DNA from: a bacterium
GTDB lineage: Bacteria > Zhuqueibacterota > Zhuqueibacteria > Zhuqueibacterales > Zhuqueibacteraceae
Direction: 5' to 3'
DNA: 50,883 nucleotides
Assembly (NCBI GenBank): GCA_044869275.1
Contig: JBIOXB010000172.1
Location: 1 to 50,883 of the forward strand
The notes beneath the pieces are model-generated. The model was not told where the DNA came from. It saw only the letters and a program-made list of their open reading frames with translations, and ran no database searches. This document shows positions 10,929 through 21,100 of this stretch, one piece after another. The position numbers and the translations under genes were made by a program. How positions within the stretch are numbered: position 1 is the stretch's first letter; the number at the start of each line of letters is the position of its first letter.

Positions 10929-11248
10929 TTTTGAAAGGAATTGGTGTTCTCCGCGCACAGCTTGGCCCGGGGCTTGCCCCGCGTCAGGCCCATTCAGAAT
11001 GTCAGCCCCGCCTGACAGAGGCACGCCCCCGTTGCATCAGCTTGGTATATACTGGCCCCTCCACCAGGATGGTGAAATCCATTACAGTTATTTAGAGAAC
11101 CGCGCGCCGGCAGAAGAGAATTGCTGCACGGCCTTAACAACATTCTTGCCCCCATTCTTCCGCAAAGCGCGCGTGCGTGAGGTAAGATTGATTCTGTATT
11201 TCAGAGTTGTAAGATCGCGTGTTTTGAATCACTCAGGAACCTCTCGCG

Positions 11249-12244
11249 ATGATCAACCAATTGTTTGATAAAACCGTCGCCGCCCACAACGAGCGCGTGG
11301 TCTTGATCGAAGGAGACCGGCAATTCTCCTATTTCGAGCTGCACGTGTACGTCGAGTGGATGGCGCGGTACTTCCAGTCGCTCGGCGTGCAGCCCGGCCA
11401 CCGGCTGGCGATTTTCATGCCGAATACGCACGAATTCGTGATCAGCTTGCTGGGACTGTGGCGCTTGTACGGCATCGCCGTACCGCTGACAACCAGTTGC
11501 AACGCCGCGGAAGTGCGCGCCGCATTGGAGGCCGCCAAAGCCCATGCCGTGATCACCATTCCGCGCCATCGCGAGTTCATGATGGAGGTTCTCTCCTCTG
11601 CGCCGGAAAGCGCATGGCCTCTGCAAAAACTGCCTTTGGCCATCTTTGAGGAAGATAACATTGCGACCTCGCGAGGCGCCGCTCTGCCGCTGCTGCGAGA
11701 AGGTGAGGTAGCAGTGCCCCATGCCAGCGGGACGCCGGGCGCAAGAAAAGTGACGAACGGCCACACGCACACTGCCGCGCCGGTTACGACAAAAGGAGAA
11801 AACGACCGTGCCGCGGGGCTGTTTTTCGAAACACATGCCACGCACGGCGTGGAATCGCGGCGATATACGCATCGCGAGCTTTTTGAGGAAGCGGAAAAAC
11901 TGGCACAGCTCTCAGGTCTCACCTGCGACGATTGTGTCTTGTCGGAGTGGCCGTTTGCGCACACACGCGGATTGGTCGGCGGCCTGCTGGCGGTGATCGC
12001 CACGGGGGCAAAAATGATTTTGGCGGAGCCGGCCAATGCCGCTGCTCTGCTACGAACGATGCTGGATAAGGGCGTGACGGTTTATTCCGGTGGTCCCGCC
12101 GGCGTTGAGTATTTGGCTGAAGCCGCAACCGATGCTCTCTCCGAAATCAAAGCACTCAGGTTGTGTTGGTGTGAAGGCGCGGCGCTGTCTCCAGAAACTT
12201 CAGAAGCACTGCAGCGGCAGCACTTCAGCTTGCAGTTGCTTTGA
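11249..12244 (+). CDS. Truncated, degenerate AMP-binding (ANL superfamily) N-terminal domain protein
   Basis: FSYFEL, GVQPGHRLAI and LTCDDCVL..PFAH..GL align with acyl-CoA synthetases. The TSGSTG loop is replaced and the whole C-terminal part (YGxTE, TGD, catalytic Lys) is absent. Confidence 0.65.
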   Translation: MINQLFDKTVAAHNERVVLIEGDRQFSYFELHVYVEWMARYFQSLGVQPGHRLAIFMPNTHEFVISLLGLWRLYGIAVPLTTSCNAAEVRAALEAAKAHAVITIPRHREFMMEVLSSAPESAWPLQKLPLAIFEEDNIATSRGAALPLLREGEVAVPHASGTPGARKVTNGHTHTAAPVTTKGENDRAAGLFFETHATHGVESRRYTHRELFEEAEKLAQLSGLTCDDCVLSEWPFAHTRGLVGGLLAVIATGAKMILAEPANAAALLRTMLDKGVTVYSGGPAGVEYLAEAATDALSEIKALRLCWCEGAALSPETSEALQRQHFSLQLL

Positions 12245-12336
12245 GCGAGAGTTGCTTTCCCCCGTGCCTGCAAAAACCCTGAGATTCTCAAAATTCCTGT
12301 GTTCATGACTACTGGGCTGTTGATGTCCGAAGCTTT

Positions 12337-15210
12337 GTGATGCAAACGAATAAAGTAACAGAAAAGCGCTTTTGGGTGGAAAAGGTGATTCTGGTCGGCA
12401 TCTTGCTGCTTTTGCCCAATAGCGGATACCTAATCGCCTTCGCCGAGAATTCGTTCTTTTACATGCTGAACGTCTTTCTGCACGTCGGCTTGGGCCTCGC
12501 TGTGCTCATTCCGGGATTGATTTACGGCCGGCGTTTGCTGGCCCAAGATGCGCGCACCGGCAAAGGGCTGGCGTTGTTTTTGGGACATCTCGGATTTTGG
12601 TGTTGCGTGCTCGGCGTTGTGGCTGCTCTTTATTTGACGCTGGCGGGTAATTTCAAGGCCTCCGAATGGATTCTGTATGCGCACGTGGTGTTTTGTTTCC
12701 TGGGGGTCGTGTTCTTGACCACGGCCATCCGGCGCGTCGGGCATCAAATCAGCATTCGGAACCGCTACGACACCGCCGGCCGCTGGTTGTTGGTCTTCGC
12801 CGTCGCCGGTGTGTGTATTCCAATTATGGTGCATACCTACCGCTTTTTGTTCGTGCATTACGATGACCGCGTGCACAATCCGCCGTTTGCGCCCGCCTCC
12901 ATGGAAGCGGAAGCGATAGGCGGCGCGCAGGGACCGTTCTTCCCCTCCAGCGCTGCGACCGTTTCGCAAGACACAATTCCGGCATCGTTTTTGATCGATG
13001 CCGAAGCCTGCGGCGCCGCCGGATGCCATGAGGACATCTATCAGCAATGGCGCACCTCGCCGCATCGCTATTCCGGTTTCAACAACTTGTGGTACCAGGC
13101 GGCGTTCGCCAGGGCCGAGGCCCAAGCGGGAAACACCGCGACGAAGTGGTGCGCAGGCTGCCACACACCGGCAGCTTTGCTCAACGGGACATCGAACCTG
13201 CCGGCGGCGGCCCAGGCACAGAAACCGGCGGCGCAGGCCGGCGTCACCTGTACCGCTTGCCATGCCGTCGTGAATGTGCGCGGCACGATGGGGCAAGGCG
13301 GTTATGTCGTCGAAAAGCCTGCAATGTTTGAATGGCTCGCCGGCAACGAAGCTTGGAAGAAACAGATCTTCGCCTGGTTCGTGCATTTGGACGCCAGACC
13401 GCACCGCAAAGCCTTTTTACAGCCGTTTTATCGCAATGAGAACGGCGCGTTTTGTTCTTCCTGCCACAAAGGCCACGTGGACCAGTCGCTCAACGGCGCT
13501 CGGTGGGTGCAGGTGATGAATGATTACGACAGTTGGCAGGCCAGCAGCTTCGGTCTGGGCGCGCGCGACTACCAACGCGCACCGGAACGGAAAGACTGCG
13601 TGGCGTGCCACATGCCCGAGGTCGCTTCCCAGGATGCCAGTGCGACGCAGGGCAAGGCGAGCGATCATCGTTTCTTGGGCGGCAATACGCTGCTGTCGCT
13701 GACGCAGGGCGGCGAAGAACGGCTGCGCGCGACGATGGACTATTTGCGTGAGGGCCGGATTGCGTTGGATATTTTTGCGATGAGCCTGTCGCAAACGCCT
13801 CGGCGCAAGCCACGGCTCGTGCCGGCGGATTCGAACGACACGCACATGGAAAACGTCGAAGTGGCGAGCTTGATGAAGAATCCCGGGGAGGAATGGAGTT
13901 TGCAGCGCGTCGAAATCGCTCCCGACGATGCGGATTCGTTGATCGCGCCGCTGGCCGGGACGATTCCTCGCCTGCTCGCCGGGCAGTCTTTCCGGCTTGA
14001 CGTTGTCGTGCGCTCACGCGACATCGGCCATAATTTTCCAGCGGGCGCGGCGGATATGGCCCAGGCGTGGCTGGAGCTGAAAATCGTCGATGAGCGTGGC
14101 AAAATAGTTTTCTGGAGTGGCGCGGCGCGTGGCGAGGGGCAGGACGAGGTCGATCCACAGGCGCATGTCTACGGCATTCACGCGGTGGATAGCGCCGGCA
14201 CGCGCACGTTTCATCCTGAAAGCTGGAAAATGCAAGCCGCGGCCCGGGTGAATTTGCTGCCGCCGAACGGCGCGGAAGTCGTGCGTTATCGCGTCAGCCT
14301 TCCCATGGATTGCGGCCAGGAGCTTCGCGTGACGGCGAAACTGAATTACCGCAAACCCCATCCCCAAGCACTGGCCTGGCAGCGTGATCCTGCCTCTCCG
14401 CGTTTATCCGCCGCGGATTCAGCGGCGTATTCACGCGCCCGGCAAATTCGTCCTCCCATCGTGGAAATGGCGCACGCGGAAACCGTGTTGCGGTGGAGTG
14501 AAACGGCGTCCGCTCCCGGCGCCACTGCGGACAAAACTGCACCAGCGGTGCGCTGGCAGGATTACGGGGTTGGCTTGCTGCGCCAACACGATGTTGCTCC
14601 TGCGGAGCGGGCCTTCTTGAAGGCGCATGAATTGGCGCCCGGCAATGTCGATGTGTTGGTCAATCTGAGCATCGTCAAGCTGCGCACCGGCGAAACGGCC
14701 GCAGCAAAGGAGTTTCTTGCCCAAGCGCTACGACTGGACAAGGAGGACGCGCGCGCGCATTATTATTTGGCCTTGGCACTGAAGGCCGAAGGCGATTATC
14801 GCCAGGCACGCGCGCAAGTCAAAATAGCCTCCAGCCTCGTGCGGCGCGATCGCGAATTTCATCTGGAGCTGGCTCGTTTGCATTACTTGTTGGACGACTA
14901 TTTACACTCCAAGCGCGCTTTCAAGCGCGTGATTCACATCGATCCGGAAGATCCGGTCATTTATCAGGGATTGCTGCGCGCCTATCGCAGCGAAGGCGGC
15001 AAGGAACCGAGCATTGCGCGCGCCGAGCCGCTGCTGCGCCGTTTTAGCAAAGATGCGCAGATGCAAGCGCTCACGCGCCTGGCAAAATCACAAGTCGCGC
15101 CGCACGATACGGTGAGCGTATTCTATCATGAGTATCATTCGGCTGCTCCCGATTTCTGGCCGGAGGAAACGGCGAGCAACGGCCACGCCGTTTCTTCCTC
15201 CAAAAAGTGA
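12337..15210 (+). CDS. Membrane-anchored multiheme c-type cytochrome (c554-like) with C-terminal TPR repeats
   Basis: About five N-terminal hydrophobic helices; heme motifs CGAAGCH (CX4CH), CAGCH, CTACH, CSSCH, CVACH; GHNFPAG; TPR-like helices in the last ~200 aa. Confidence 0.85.
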   Translation: MMQTNKVTEKRFWVEKVILVGILLLLPNSGYLIAFAENSFFYMLNVFLHVGLGLAVLIPGLIYGRRLLAQDARTGKGLALFLGHLGFWCCVLGVVAALYLTLAGNFKASEWILYAHVVFCFLGVVFLTTAIRRVGHQISIRNRYDTAGRWLLVFAVAGVCIPIMVHTYRFLFVHYDDRVHNPPFAPASMEAEAIGGAQGPFFPSSAATVSQDTIPASFLIDAEACGAAGCHEDIYQQWRTSPHRYSGFNNLWYQAAFARAEAQAGNTATKWCAGCHTPAALLNGTSNLPAAAQAQKPAAQAGVTCTACHAVVNVRGTMGQGGYVVEKPAMFEWLAGNEAWKKQIFAWFVHLDARPHRKAFLQPFYRNENGAFCSSCHKGHVDQSLNGARWVQVMNDYDSWQASSFGLGARDYQRAPERKDCVACHMPEVASQDASATQGKASDHRFLGGNTLLSLTQGGEERLRATMDYLREGRIALDIFAMSLSQTPRRKPRLVPADSNDTHMENVEVASLMKNPGEEWSLQRVEIAPDDADSLIAPLAGTIPRLLAGQSFRLDVVVRSRDIGHNFPAGAADMAQAWLELKIVDERGKIVFWSGAARGEGQDEVDPQAHVYGIHAVDSAGTRTFHPESWKMQAAARVNLLPPNGAEVVRYRVSLPMDCGQELRVTAKLNYRKPHPQALAWQRDPASPRLSAADSAAYSRARQIRPPIVEMAHAETVLRWSETASAPGATADKTAPAVRWQDYGVGLLRQHDVAPAERAFLKAHELAPGNVDVLVNLSIVKLRTGETAAAKEFLAQALRLDKEDARAHYYLALALKAEGDYRQARAQVKIASSLVRRDREFHLELARLHYLLDDYLHSKRAFKRVIHIDPEDPVIYQGLLRAYRSEGGKEPSIARAEPLLRRFSKDAQMQALTRLAKSQVAPHDTVSVFYHEYHSAAPDFWPEETASNGHAVSSSKK

Positions 15211-15237
15211 ACATTTATTCGATCTTTGCATTGACAT

Positions 15238-16254
15238 ATGGCAGACATTCGCGCGCAGAACGGCGCTGCTGCACGCGCCGCCGAATTGTTGTTTGTCTCT
15301 TGGGCCGCCAATTGCAGCCGCAGCGATGCGCTGGCGAAACTGCTGGGCGGCGTTTCGAAAATGGTTTATGTCGAAAGCCTGGGCAGTCGCGCGGCCACGG
15401 TCTGGCTGAAATATCTCATTCAGATGTGGCGAACGTGGTGCCTGCTGTTGCGGGAAAAGCCCCGCGTGGTGATCGTGATGGTGCCCCCCGTTTTTATTTG
15501 CGCCCCGGTTTATCTCTACTGCCGTCTTTATCACGCCGGTTATATCACCGACACACATACGGCGGCTTTCACGATGTCGCGCTGGAAACCCTTGTTGTTT
15601 CTCAACGCCTGGTTCTATCGGCGCGCGCTCACGAATATTGTCACCAACACCCATCTTGCCGGGCAGGTGGCCGCTTGGCAGGCGCCGTACGTGGTCATTG
15701 GCGATTTGCCGGTGACCTTCGAAAAAATAACACCGTTCCCGGCGAATGGCCGTTTTATCATCACCGTGATTTGCAGCTTCAATGCTGACGAACCGCTGGA
15801 TGACATCTGGCAATCCGCGCTTCAACTTGGCGACGTCGATTTTTACGTTACCGGCAAGGTGAAAGACGCGCCCGCGCGTTTGCGGGAACGCAAGCCGGAC
15901 AACGTGAAGTTCACGGACTATCTCGCGCTCGATCTTTATGCCGGCTTGTTGCAGGCCAGCAATGCGGTCATGGTGTTGACCACGCGCGATCACACGATGC
16001 AGCGCGGTGCTTACGAGGCGATGGCACTTGGCACACCCATCATCACTTCGGACTGGCCGCTGCTGCGCGAGACGTTTCGCCAGGGCGCACTGTTCGTGAA
16101 TAATTCTCCTCAAGACATCGTGCGTGCCGTCCGTGCGCTGCAAAAGGAAGGCCCGGCTTACCGGACCGCCATTCAAGCGCATCGCCAGGAGCGGCTTGAG
16201 GTTTGGCGCACGAATGAACGGGCCTTGCGCACGGCCCTGTCCCGGAAAGATTGA
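15238..16254 (+). CDS. Glycosyltransferase family 4
   Basis: DTHT, SFNADEP, GAYEAMALGTPIITSD. Confidence 0.85.
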   Translation: MADIRAQNGAAARAAELLFVSWAANCSRSDALAKLLGGVSKMVYVESLGSRAATVWLKYLIQMWRTWCLLLREKPRVVIVMVPPVFICAPVYLYCRLYHAGYITDTHTAAFTMSRWKPLLFLNAWFYRRALTNIVTNTHLAGQVAAWQAPYVVIGDLPVTFEKITPFPANGRFIITVICSFNADEPLDDIWQSALQLGDVDFYVTGKVKDAPARLRERKPDNVKFTDYLALDLYAGLLQASNAVMVLTTRDHTMQRGAYEAMALGTPIITSDWPLLRETFRQGALFVNNSPQDIVRAVRALQKEGPAYRTAIQAHRQERLEVWRTNERALRTALSRKD

Positions 16255-16258
16255 AGGA

Positions 16259-18025
16259 ATGACCATCCGAGCAGACCTAAGCCGCACACCGCGCTTCGAT
16301 CGCATGCGCCAAGTTTTGCCCGAACCCTGGCGCACGCTGCTGCTCAAAGATACAATCTTCGAACTCACCGGCGCGTGGAAGTTTTTCACGCATCTGTCCG
16401 CAACGCAAGCCGTTCTTTTCTATCTGCCCGGTTTCAGCGCCATGCCGTTGGCGTTTGCACGGCATGTGGCGCGCGTCGATCTTTTCGGGCTGGCGCCGGA
16501 AGAACAAGAGTTGATCGCAGAAATGGCGGCCGCCAAGGCGCTGGCGAATTTGCGCTGCTTGCACTCGCTCGCCGACCTGCAACCGCCTTACGCCACGATC
16601 GTGTTGATGCCCGAACTGGAAAGCTGGCGTCAACCCGGCTGGCAGGAACTGCAGGAGCGTCTGCACGCCGGCGCCCACAGCGCGGAGGAGTATTGGTTGA
16701 TTTTGCGCCATTCCGGCCGGCGGAGATTGAGGCAGCATGGGGAAAAGTTTTTACGCACCATTCTGCGCCGGCCAAAATTGATGGGGGTGCAAAGATACTT
16801 GCGCCCGGGCTTTATGGCCGATGGTATTGCCGGAGCTTCGCAGGCGGCGAAATTTTTCCCGGTGTGCGCGCAAGCGGAGCGGCTCATGCTGACGTTAGCG
16901 CCTTGTTTCCCTGCTCCTCGACATATTTCGATTGCGCCGGAAAAGCCCAGCATGCTCTCTCACGTGCATGCGGAGAAACCGGCGCACGCAGAACATGTCA
17001 TTTGTGCACAGCGGCCTGCGGCGCAGGCGTTCTCTTACCTGGAAAGATTGTTGCGCCATCTCACTCTGGTGTCCAAGCAAAGCTGGCGGCCGGCCGGAGC
17101 GATGCGAGTGCTGCCCGGCGGAAAAGTGCAAGTCGTTTTGCATCAGGAAGGCACGCCACGCCCGGCCGCCTTGCTCAAGCTACCGTTGATTCCTTATGCC
17201 GCGGCGCGCATGCGTGAGAATGCCGGCCATCTGCTGCGCTTGTCGCAGGCGCTGGAACTGCTGCCGGAGCAGCGCGAGTGCTTTCCGCATCATCTCGCGG
17301 CCGGACAATTTGAAGCGCAGGCCTATTATCTTGAGACCTTTTTACCGGGCTGCTCTCTCGACCAATTGCCCGCGACGGCGCACACCGCCCGGCAATGGCA
17401 TAATATTTTCCGGCTGTGGTTTGAGATTCAACAACGCCTGGCGCGGCGCGTTCAGATGGATGACCGCGTGCTCGCCGGTTTGATCGGTGAGCATGCGCGC
17501 GATCTGCAGGCATGGTTGTCGCCCGGGCCGGTCGAGAGTGTGCGCCTGCAACGCGTTGTAGCGTATTGCTACGAGGTGTTCGCTGGCCGGGAACTGGCGC
17601 TGAGTCTGGTGCACGGTGATTTTTCGATCAAAAACATTTTGATTGATCCTTCGACCCAAGAAGTGAGGGGCGTGATCGATTGGGATTTGGCGGATTTTCT
17701 CTCCGCGCCGCCTTTGGATGTGCTGCATTTTTTTGTGCGCACGGACGAACGCTCGTTCCACGAACCCGCGCCCGCCATCGCTTTGCGTTTGATCAAAGAC
17801 CGCACCGGCCGGCACACCAGTTATTTTGACGAGGCCTGCGAACGATACGGTTATCGCCGCGCGGATTGGCCAGCGCTCGTCTTGATGTATTGGCTTTTGC
17901 GACTGCGCGCCTACCTCGGATCGGACAAAAACATGGATGCAAAATTTGTGCGGCGGCAATTCTCGGACATGCTCGAGCTGTTCGAACGTGAGCCGCTAGC
18001 GCCGCGCATCGGAGTCGCCGTTTGA
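16259..18025 (+). CDS. Degenerate methyltransferase-like N-domain fused to an APH-like phosphotransferase
   Basis: C-terminal LLK, HGDFSIKNIL and GVIDWD kinase motifs. N-terminus resembles a class I SAM-MTase without the glycine-rich loop. GAAGGA RBS precedes ATG 16259. Confidence 0.7.
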   Translation: MTIRADLSRTPRFDRMRQVLPEPWRTLLLKDTIFELTGAWKFFTHLSATQAVLFYLPGFSAMPLAFARHVARVDLFGLAPEEQELIAEMAAAKALANLRCLHSLADLQPPYATIVLMPELESWRQPGWQELQERLHAGAHSAEEYWLILRHSGRRRLRQHGEKFLRTILRRPKLMGVQRYLRPGFMADGIAGASQAAKFFPVCAQAERLMLTLAPCFPAPRHISIAPEKPSMLSHVHAEKPAHAEHVICAQRPAAQAFSYLERLLRHLTLVSKQSWRPAGAMRVLPGGKVQVVLHQEGTPRPAALLKLPLIPYAAARMRENAGHLLRLSQALELLPEQRECFPHHLAAGQFEAQAYYLETFLPGCSLDQLPATAHTARQWHNIFRLWFEIQQRLARRVQMDDRVLAGLIGEHARDLQAWLSPGPVESVRLQRVVAYCYEVFAGRELALSLVHGDFSIKNILIDPSTQEVRGVIDWDLADFLSAPPLDVLHFFVRTDERSFHEPAPAIALRLIKDRTGRHTSYFDEACERYGYRRADWPALVLMYWLLRLRAYLGSDKNMDAKFVRRQFSDMLELFEREPLAPRIGVAV

Positions 18026-19368
18026 ACGCCACTTGTTTTGCCAGCCTGCTGCACTTGCTGCACACGCAAAATATTCCCTATCTCGTTTTGCGCGACCATC
18101 CCGAGTCCCCGGCGATGCGGGATTTTGACCTGTTGATCGACCGCCGGCGCTCTGGCGATTTCATGCAATGCGCGCGGCAGCAGGGTTTTCATTTATTGAA
18201 ATCCGGCCGGCTCAACCCCGGCAAAAAAGTGCTGCTGCGCTGGGAGAAAAACGGTTCGCACGTCATCGACCTGCACGAGCGCCTGATTTATCGCGGCTAT
18301 GAGTTTCTGGACGCCGGGCGCGTGCTTGCCCGCCGGCGAAGAATCGGGGCATTCGATTTTCCCAGCCCGGAGGATGAGCTGTTGACCCTGCTCTGGCATA
18401 ATGTCCTGAGCAAGGAAGAGATTCAAGCCAAACACCGCGCTCGGCTGCTCGCGTTGCTAGCGATGCCGTTGGAGGAGGAATATCTCCGCGAGCATTTGCA
18501 GGCATTCGGATTGGACCGGCTTTTTCAGGAAATCCGGGAAAATTTTCAAGCACTGCTGCAGGAGCCGAAACTCGTACAACGGGCCAGACGGCGTGCGCTG
18601 CAGCGGCTGCGCTTCAAGCCGTTCGCCAATGCGGTGCGGCGCGCGCGCCTCGGCTTGCTCGGAACACTCGACGGCCGTATGGGCGCACGGCGCGGTGCAT
18701 TGATCGCGTTCATCGGCCCGGATGGCTGTGGCAAAAGCTCCCTCACCAATGCCGTGCGGGAAGAATTTCGCCGCGCCACCATCGCCACGGACATCGTTTA
18801 TCTCGGCCCGTGGGGGCAAAACCAATTGCCGTTGTTTGATCTGGTGCGCGTGTTACACCTCAAGCCTTTTCATCAAGAGGAAAAAAACAAGCGGGACTTC
18901 AACCGCAAGCTCGAAGTACAGCCCGGCTTGGTGTCGCGCATAAAACTGTTCCTGCGTGGCACTCTGTTCTATGCCTTTCTGGCGCTGGAATTGTGGTTTC
19001 GTTATTGGACCGTGGTCTTGCCGCGTTTGCGTCGCGGCCGCATCGTTCTGGCCGATCGTTATATCTACGATTTATTGGTCGGTTACAAGAATCGGCCGTT
19101 GCGGCATTTCCGCCGCTTGCGGGAGTGGTTGTGCCGCCGTTACCCCCAGCCCGATTTTACCGTGTTATTGGATGCCACGCCGGAAGTCATTTTCGCGCGC
19201 AAGCCGCAGTTCAAAGTGGAGCAGCTCGAATACATTCGCGGCGCCTATCAGGAGCTGGGCAAAAGTTTTGCGCTGCACAAGCTGGACACGAGTGTGAGCG
19301 TCGAAAAAACGCTCACGGATTTCCGGCAAGAAATTCCGCCCGTGCTTTGGCAGCGGTGGAAGGCATGA
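18022..19368 (+). CDS. Nucleotidyltransferase-like domain fused to thymidylate-kinase-like P-loop domain
   Basis: YLVLR...RDFDLLI...IDLH (Pol-beta-like DxD plus third Asp); GPDGCGKS P-loop, LADRY and PQPD (TMK-like). Confidence 0.72.
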   Translation: MNATCFASLLHLLHTQNIPYLVLRDHPESPAMRDFDLLIDRRRSGDFMQCARQQGFHLLKSGRLNPGKKVLLRWEKNGSHVIDLHERLIYRGYEFLDAGRVLARRRRIGAFDFPSPEDELLTLLWHNVLSKEEIQAKHRARLLALLAMPLEEEYLREHLQAFGLDRLFQEIRENFQALLQEPKLVQRARRRALQRLRFKPFANAVRRARLGLLGTLDGRMGARRGALIAFIGPDGCGKSSLTNAVREEFRRATIATDIVYLGPWGQNQLPLFDLVRVLHLKPFHQEEKNKRDFNRKLEVQPGLVSRIKLFLRGTLFYAFLALELWFRYWTVVLPRLRRGRIVLADRYIYDLLVGYKNRPLRHFRRLREWLCRRYPQPDFTVLLDATPEVIFARKPQFKVEQLEYIRGAYQELGKSFALHKLDTSVSVEKTLTDFRQEIPPVLWQRWKA

Positions 19369-19463
19369 TGGTTCCAACTCTCGTGGCGGCGATCGCGGCG
19401 GTGACGCTGGAGCAGATGGCCGGCGCGTCAGAAAAACTCAAATTACTTTGTCCGGCAGATTAA

Positions 19464-21005
19464 ATGTCGCAAAAGCCCAAAAGTATCGGCGAACAAGCCA
19501 AACTCGGAATTGTTTACAATTCCATGTCGCGCCTGAGCGGCACCTTCATGCAGTTTTTCGGCAGCATTGCGCTGGCGCGCATGCTGGACGTGAAAGACTT
19601 CGGCCTGGTGCAAATGTCCATGATGATCGTGGAGTTCGCTACTAAAATGGGGGAGTTCGGTTTCAGCATGGGACTGGTGCAGCGCCGCGAAGAAGTGACG
19701 GAAGAGCATATCAATACGCTGTTCTTGATGGATTTTATTTTCAAGATCACGCTCTTCGGTGTGATCATGGCATTCCTGCCTTTTTTGGCGGAGTATTTTC
19801 GCGAGCCCAGATTGTCCACGGTATTGCCCGGCGTGGCGTTGTATATGGTGCTCGATTGTTTTGAAGCTGCCGGCACCACCATGCTCGATCGCCAGATGAA
19901 CTTTCAAAAATCGGCGCAAATCGAGATCATCGGACGGTTCACGGAGATCTTTTCTTCCGTCGCGCTGGCCTTCATGGGTTTCGGCGTGTGGAGCCTGATT
20001 CTCAGCAAGATCTTGGGCATCTCTATCGTGGGTTTTCTCGCGGCGCGCGCCATTCATTGGTGGCCCTCGCTGAAATTCGACATGCCAGCCGCGAAAGAGC
20101 TGTTTCGTTTCGGCGGCTGGGTATTTTTGCGCAATTTTTTTCGCTACCTGGCCGACAACGCCGATCGTTTCGTCATCAGCCGTTTTCTGGGCGCACAACA
20201 ATTGGGATACTACTCCAAGGCCTTTGATTTGATGCGGCTGCCGCAACGCCGCATCACGCGCGCCCTGAATTCCGTCATGTTCGCGGCTTTTTCCCGCGTG
20301 CAAGATCAACCGGAAAAAGTCAAAGCCGGTTTTCAAAAAGCCGTGCTCGCGGTTTCGCTGGCCAGCTATCCGTTGTTGATCGGGGTGATGATCATCGCCC
20401 CGGAATTCGTGGATTTCTTATTCGGTGAAAAATGGCGGCCGATGACTTTGCCTCTGCAAATCATGTGCGTCGCCGGGGTGTTGCGTTCCATCGATCCCTT
20501 TTTGAACTCGGTGGTGACCGCCACGGGTTTTGTGCGCAATTCCACTTTCCGCCGGCTCATCGAATTCATTTTGCTGGCTTTTGCCGTTTACCTTGGCGTG
20601 AATTACGGCATCGTCGGCGTTTCCGTGGCCGTGGTGATCGTATCCGTCATCGTGATGTTTTTGATGGTGAACCTGCTCAAACGCATGGGGGTGGTGGGCT
20701 GGCGCGAATATCTCGGCCCGCAAATGCCCGCGTTTTGGGGGAGCCTGGCGATGGCAGCGGTGATGCTGGCGAGCCGCTATGTCCTGGCGCACAAGCTTGG
20801 GGTGCGGCCGGTATTCACCATGTTCGGCATGATGTTCGCCGGCGCCGTAACCTATCTCGGCGGTTTATGGCTGACCAAGCCCAAGCGCGTCGTGGCGCTT
20901 TGGCAAGAATCCGCCGGTGATGTACGGAAAGCCACGGGCACCCTGCGCAAAAAAATGGGCGGCATACTCAACAAATGGGGCTGGGCCGCCAGCACCTTCA
21001 AATGA
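19464..21005 (+). CDS. Wzx-type polysaccharide flippase (PST family)
   Basis: Multi-TM protein with LARML..DFG, GFGVWSL, NADRFVI..LG...LGYY and LFGEKW. Confidence 0.92.
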   Translation: MSQKPKSIGEQAKLGIVYNSMSRLSGTFMQFFGSIALARMLDVKDFGLVQMSMMIVEFATKMGEFGFSMGLVQRREEVTEEHINTLFLMDFIFKITLFGVIMAFLPFLAEYFREPRLSTVLPGVALYMVLDCFEAAGTTMLDRQMNFQKSAQIEIIGRFTEIFSSVALAFMGFGVWSLILSKILGISIVGFLAARAIHWWPSLKFDMPAAKELFRFGGWVFLRNFFRYLADNADRFVISRFLGAQQLGYYSKAFDLMRLPQRRITRALNSVMFAAFSRVQDQPEKVKAGFQKAVLAVSLASYPLLIGVMIIAPEFVDFLFGEKWRPMTLPLQIMCVAGVLRSIDPFLNSVVTATGFVRNSTFRRLIEFILLAFAVYLGVNYGIVGVSVAVVIVSVIVMFLMVNLLKRMGVVGWREYLGPQMPAFWGSLAMAAVMLASRYVLAHKLGVRPVFTMFGMMFAGAVTYLGGLWLTKPKRVVALWQESAGDVRKATGTLRKKMGGILNKWGWAASTFK

Positions 21006-21100
21006 GATTTACGCTGTCGCCTTCCTCTGAGGGTACAGAATCACTTGAACATTCCCATTTGCGAGTTTAATCAGGCGAATTTTACAACCGAGCAATAATC

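Noticed and set aside
11710..11770. HASGTPGARK as the ATP-binding loop of the truncated ligase
   Set aside because: It resembles TSGxTGxPK, but the flanking alignment places the true loop position about 30 residues later; likely coincidental.
15088..16389. Long antisense ORFs (433 aa here; also 22831-24102, 28288-29367, 42549-43637)
   Set aside because: They are shadows of well-supported genes in GC-rich coding DNA and have no recognisable motifs.
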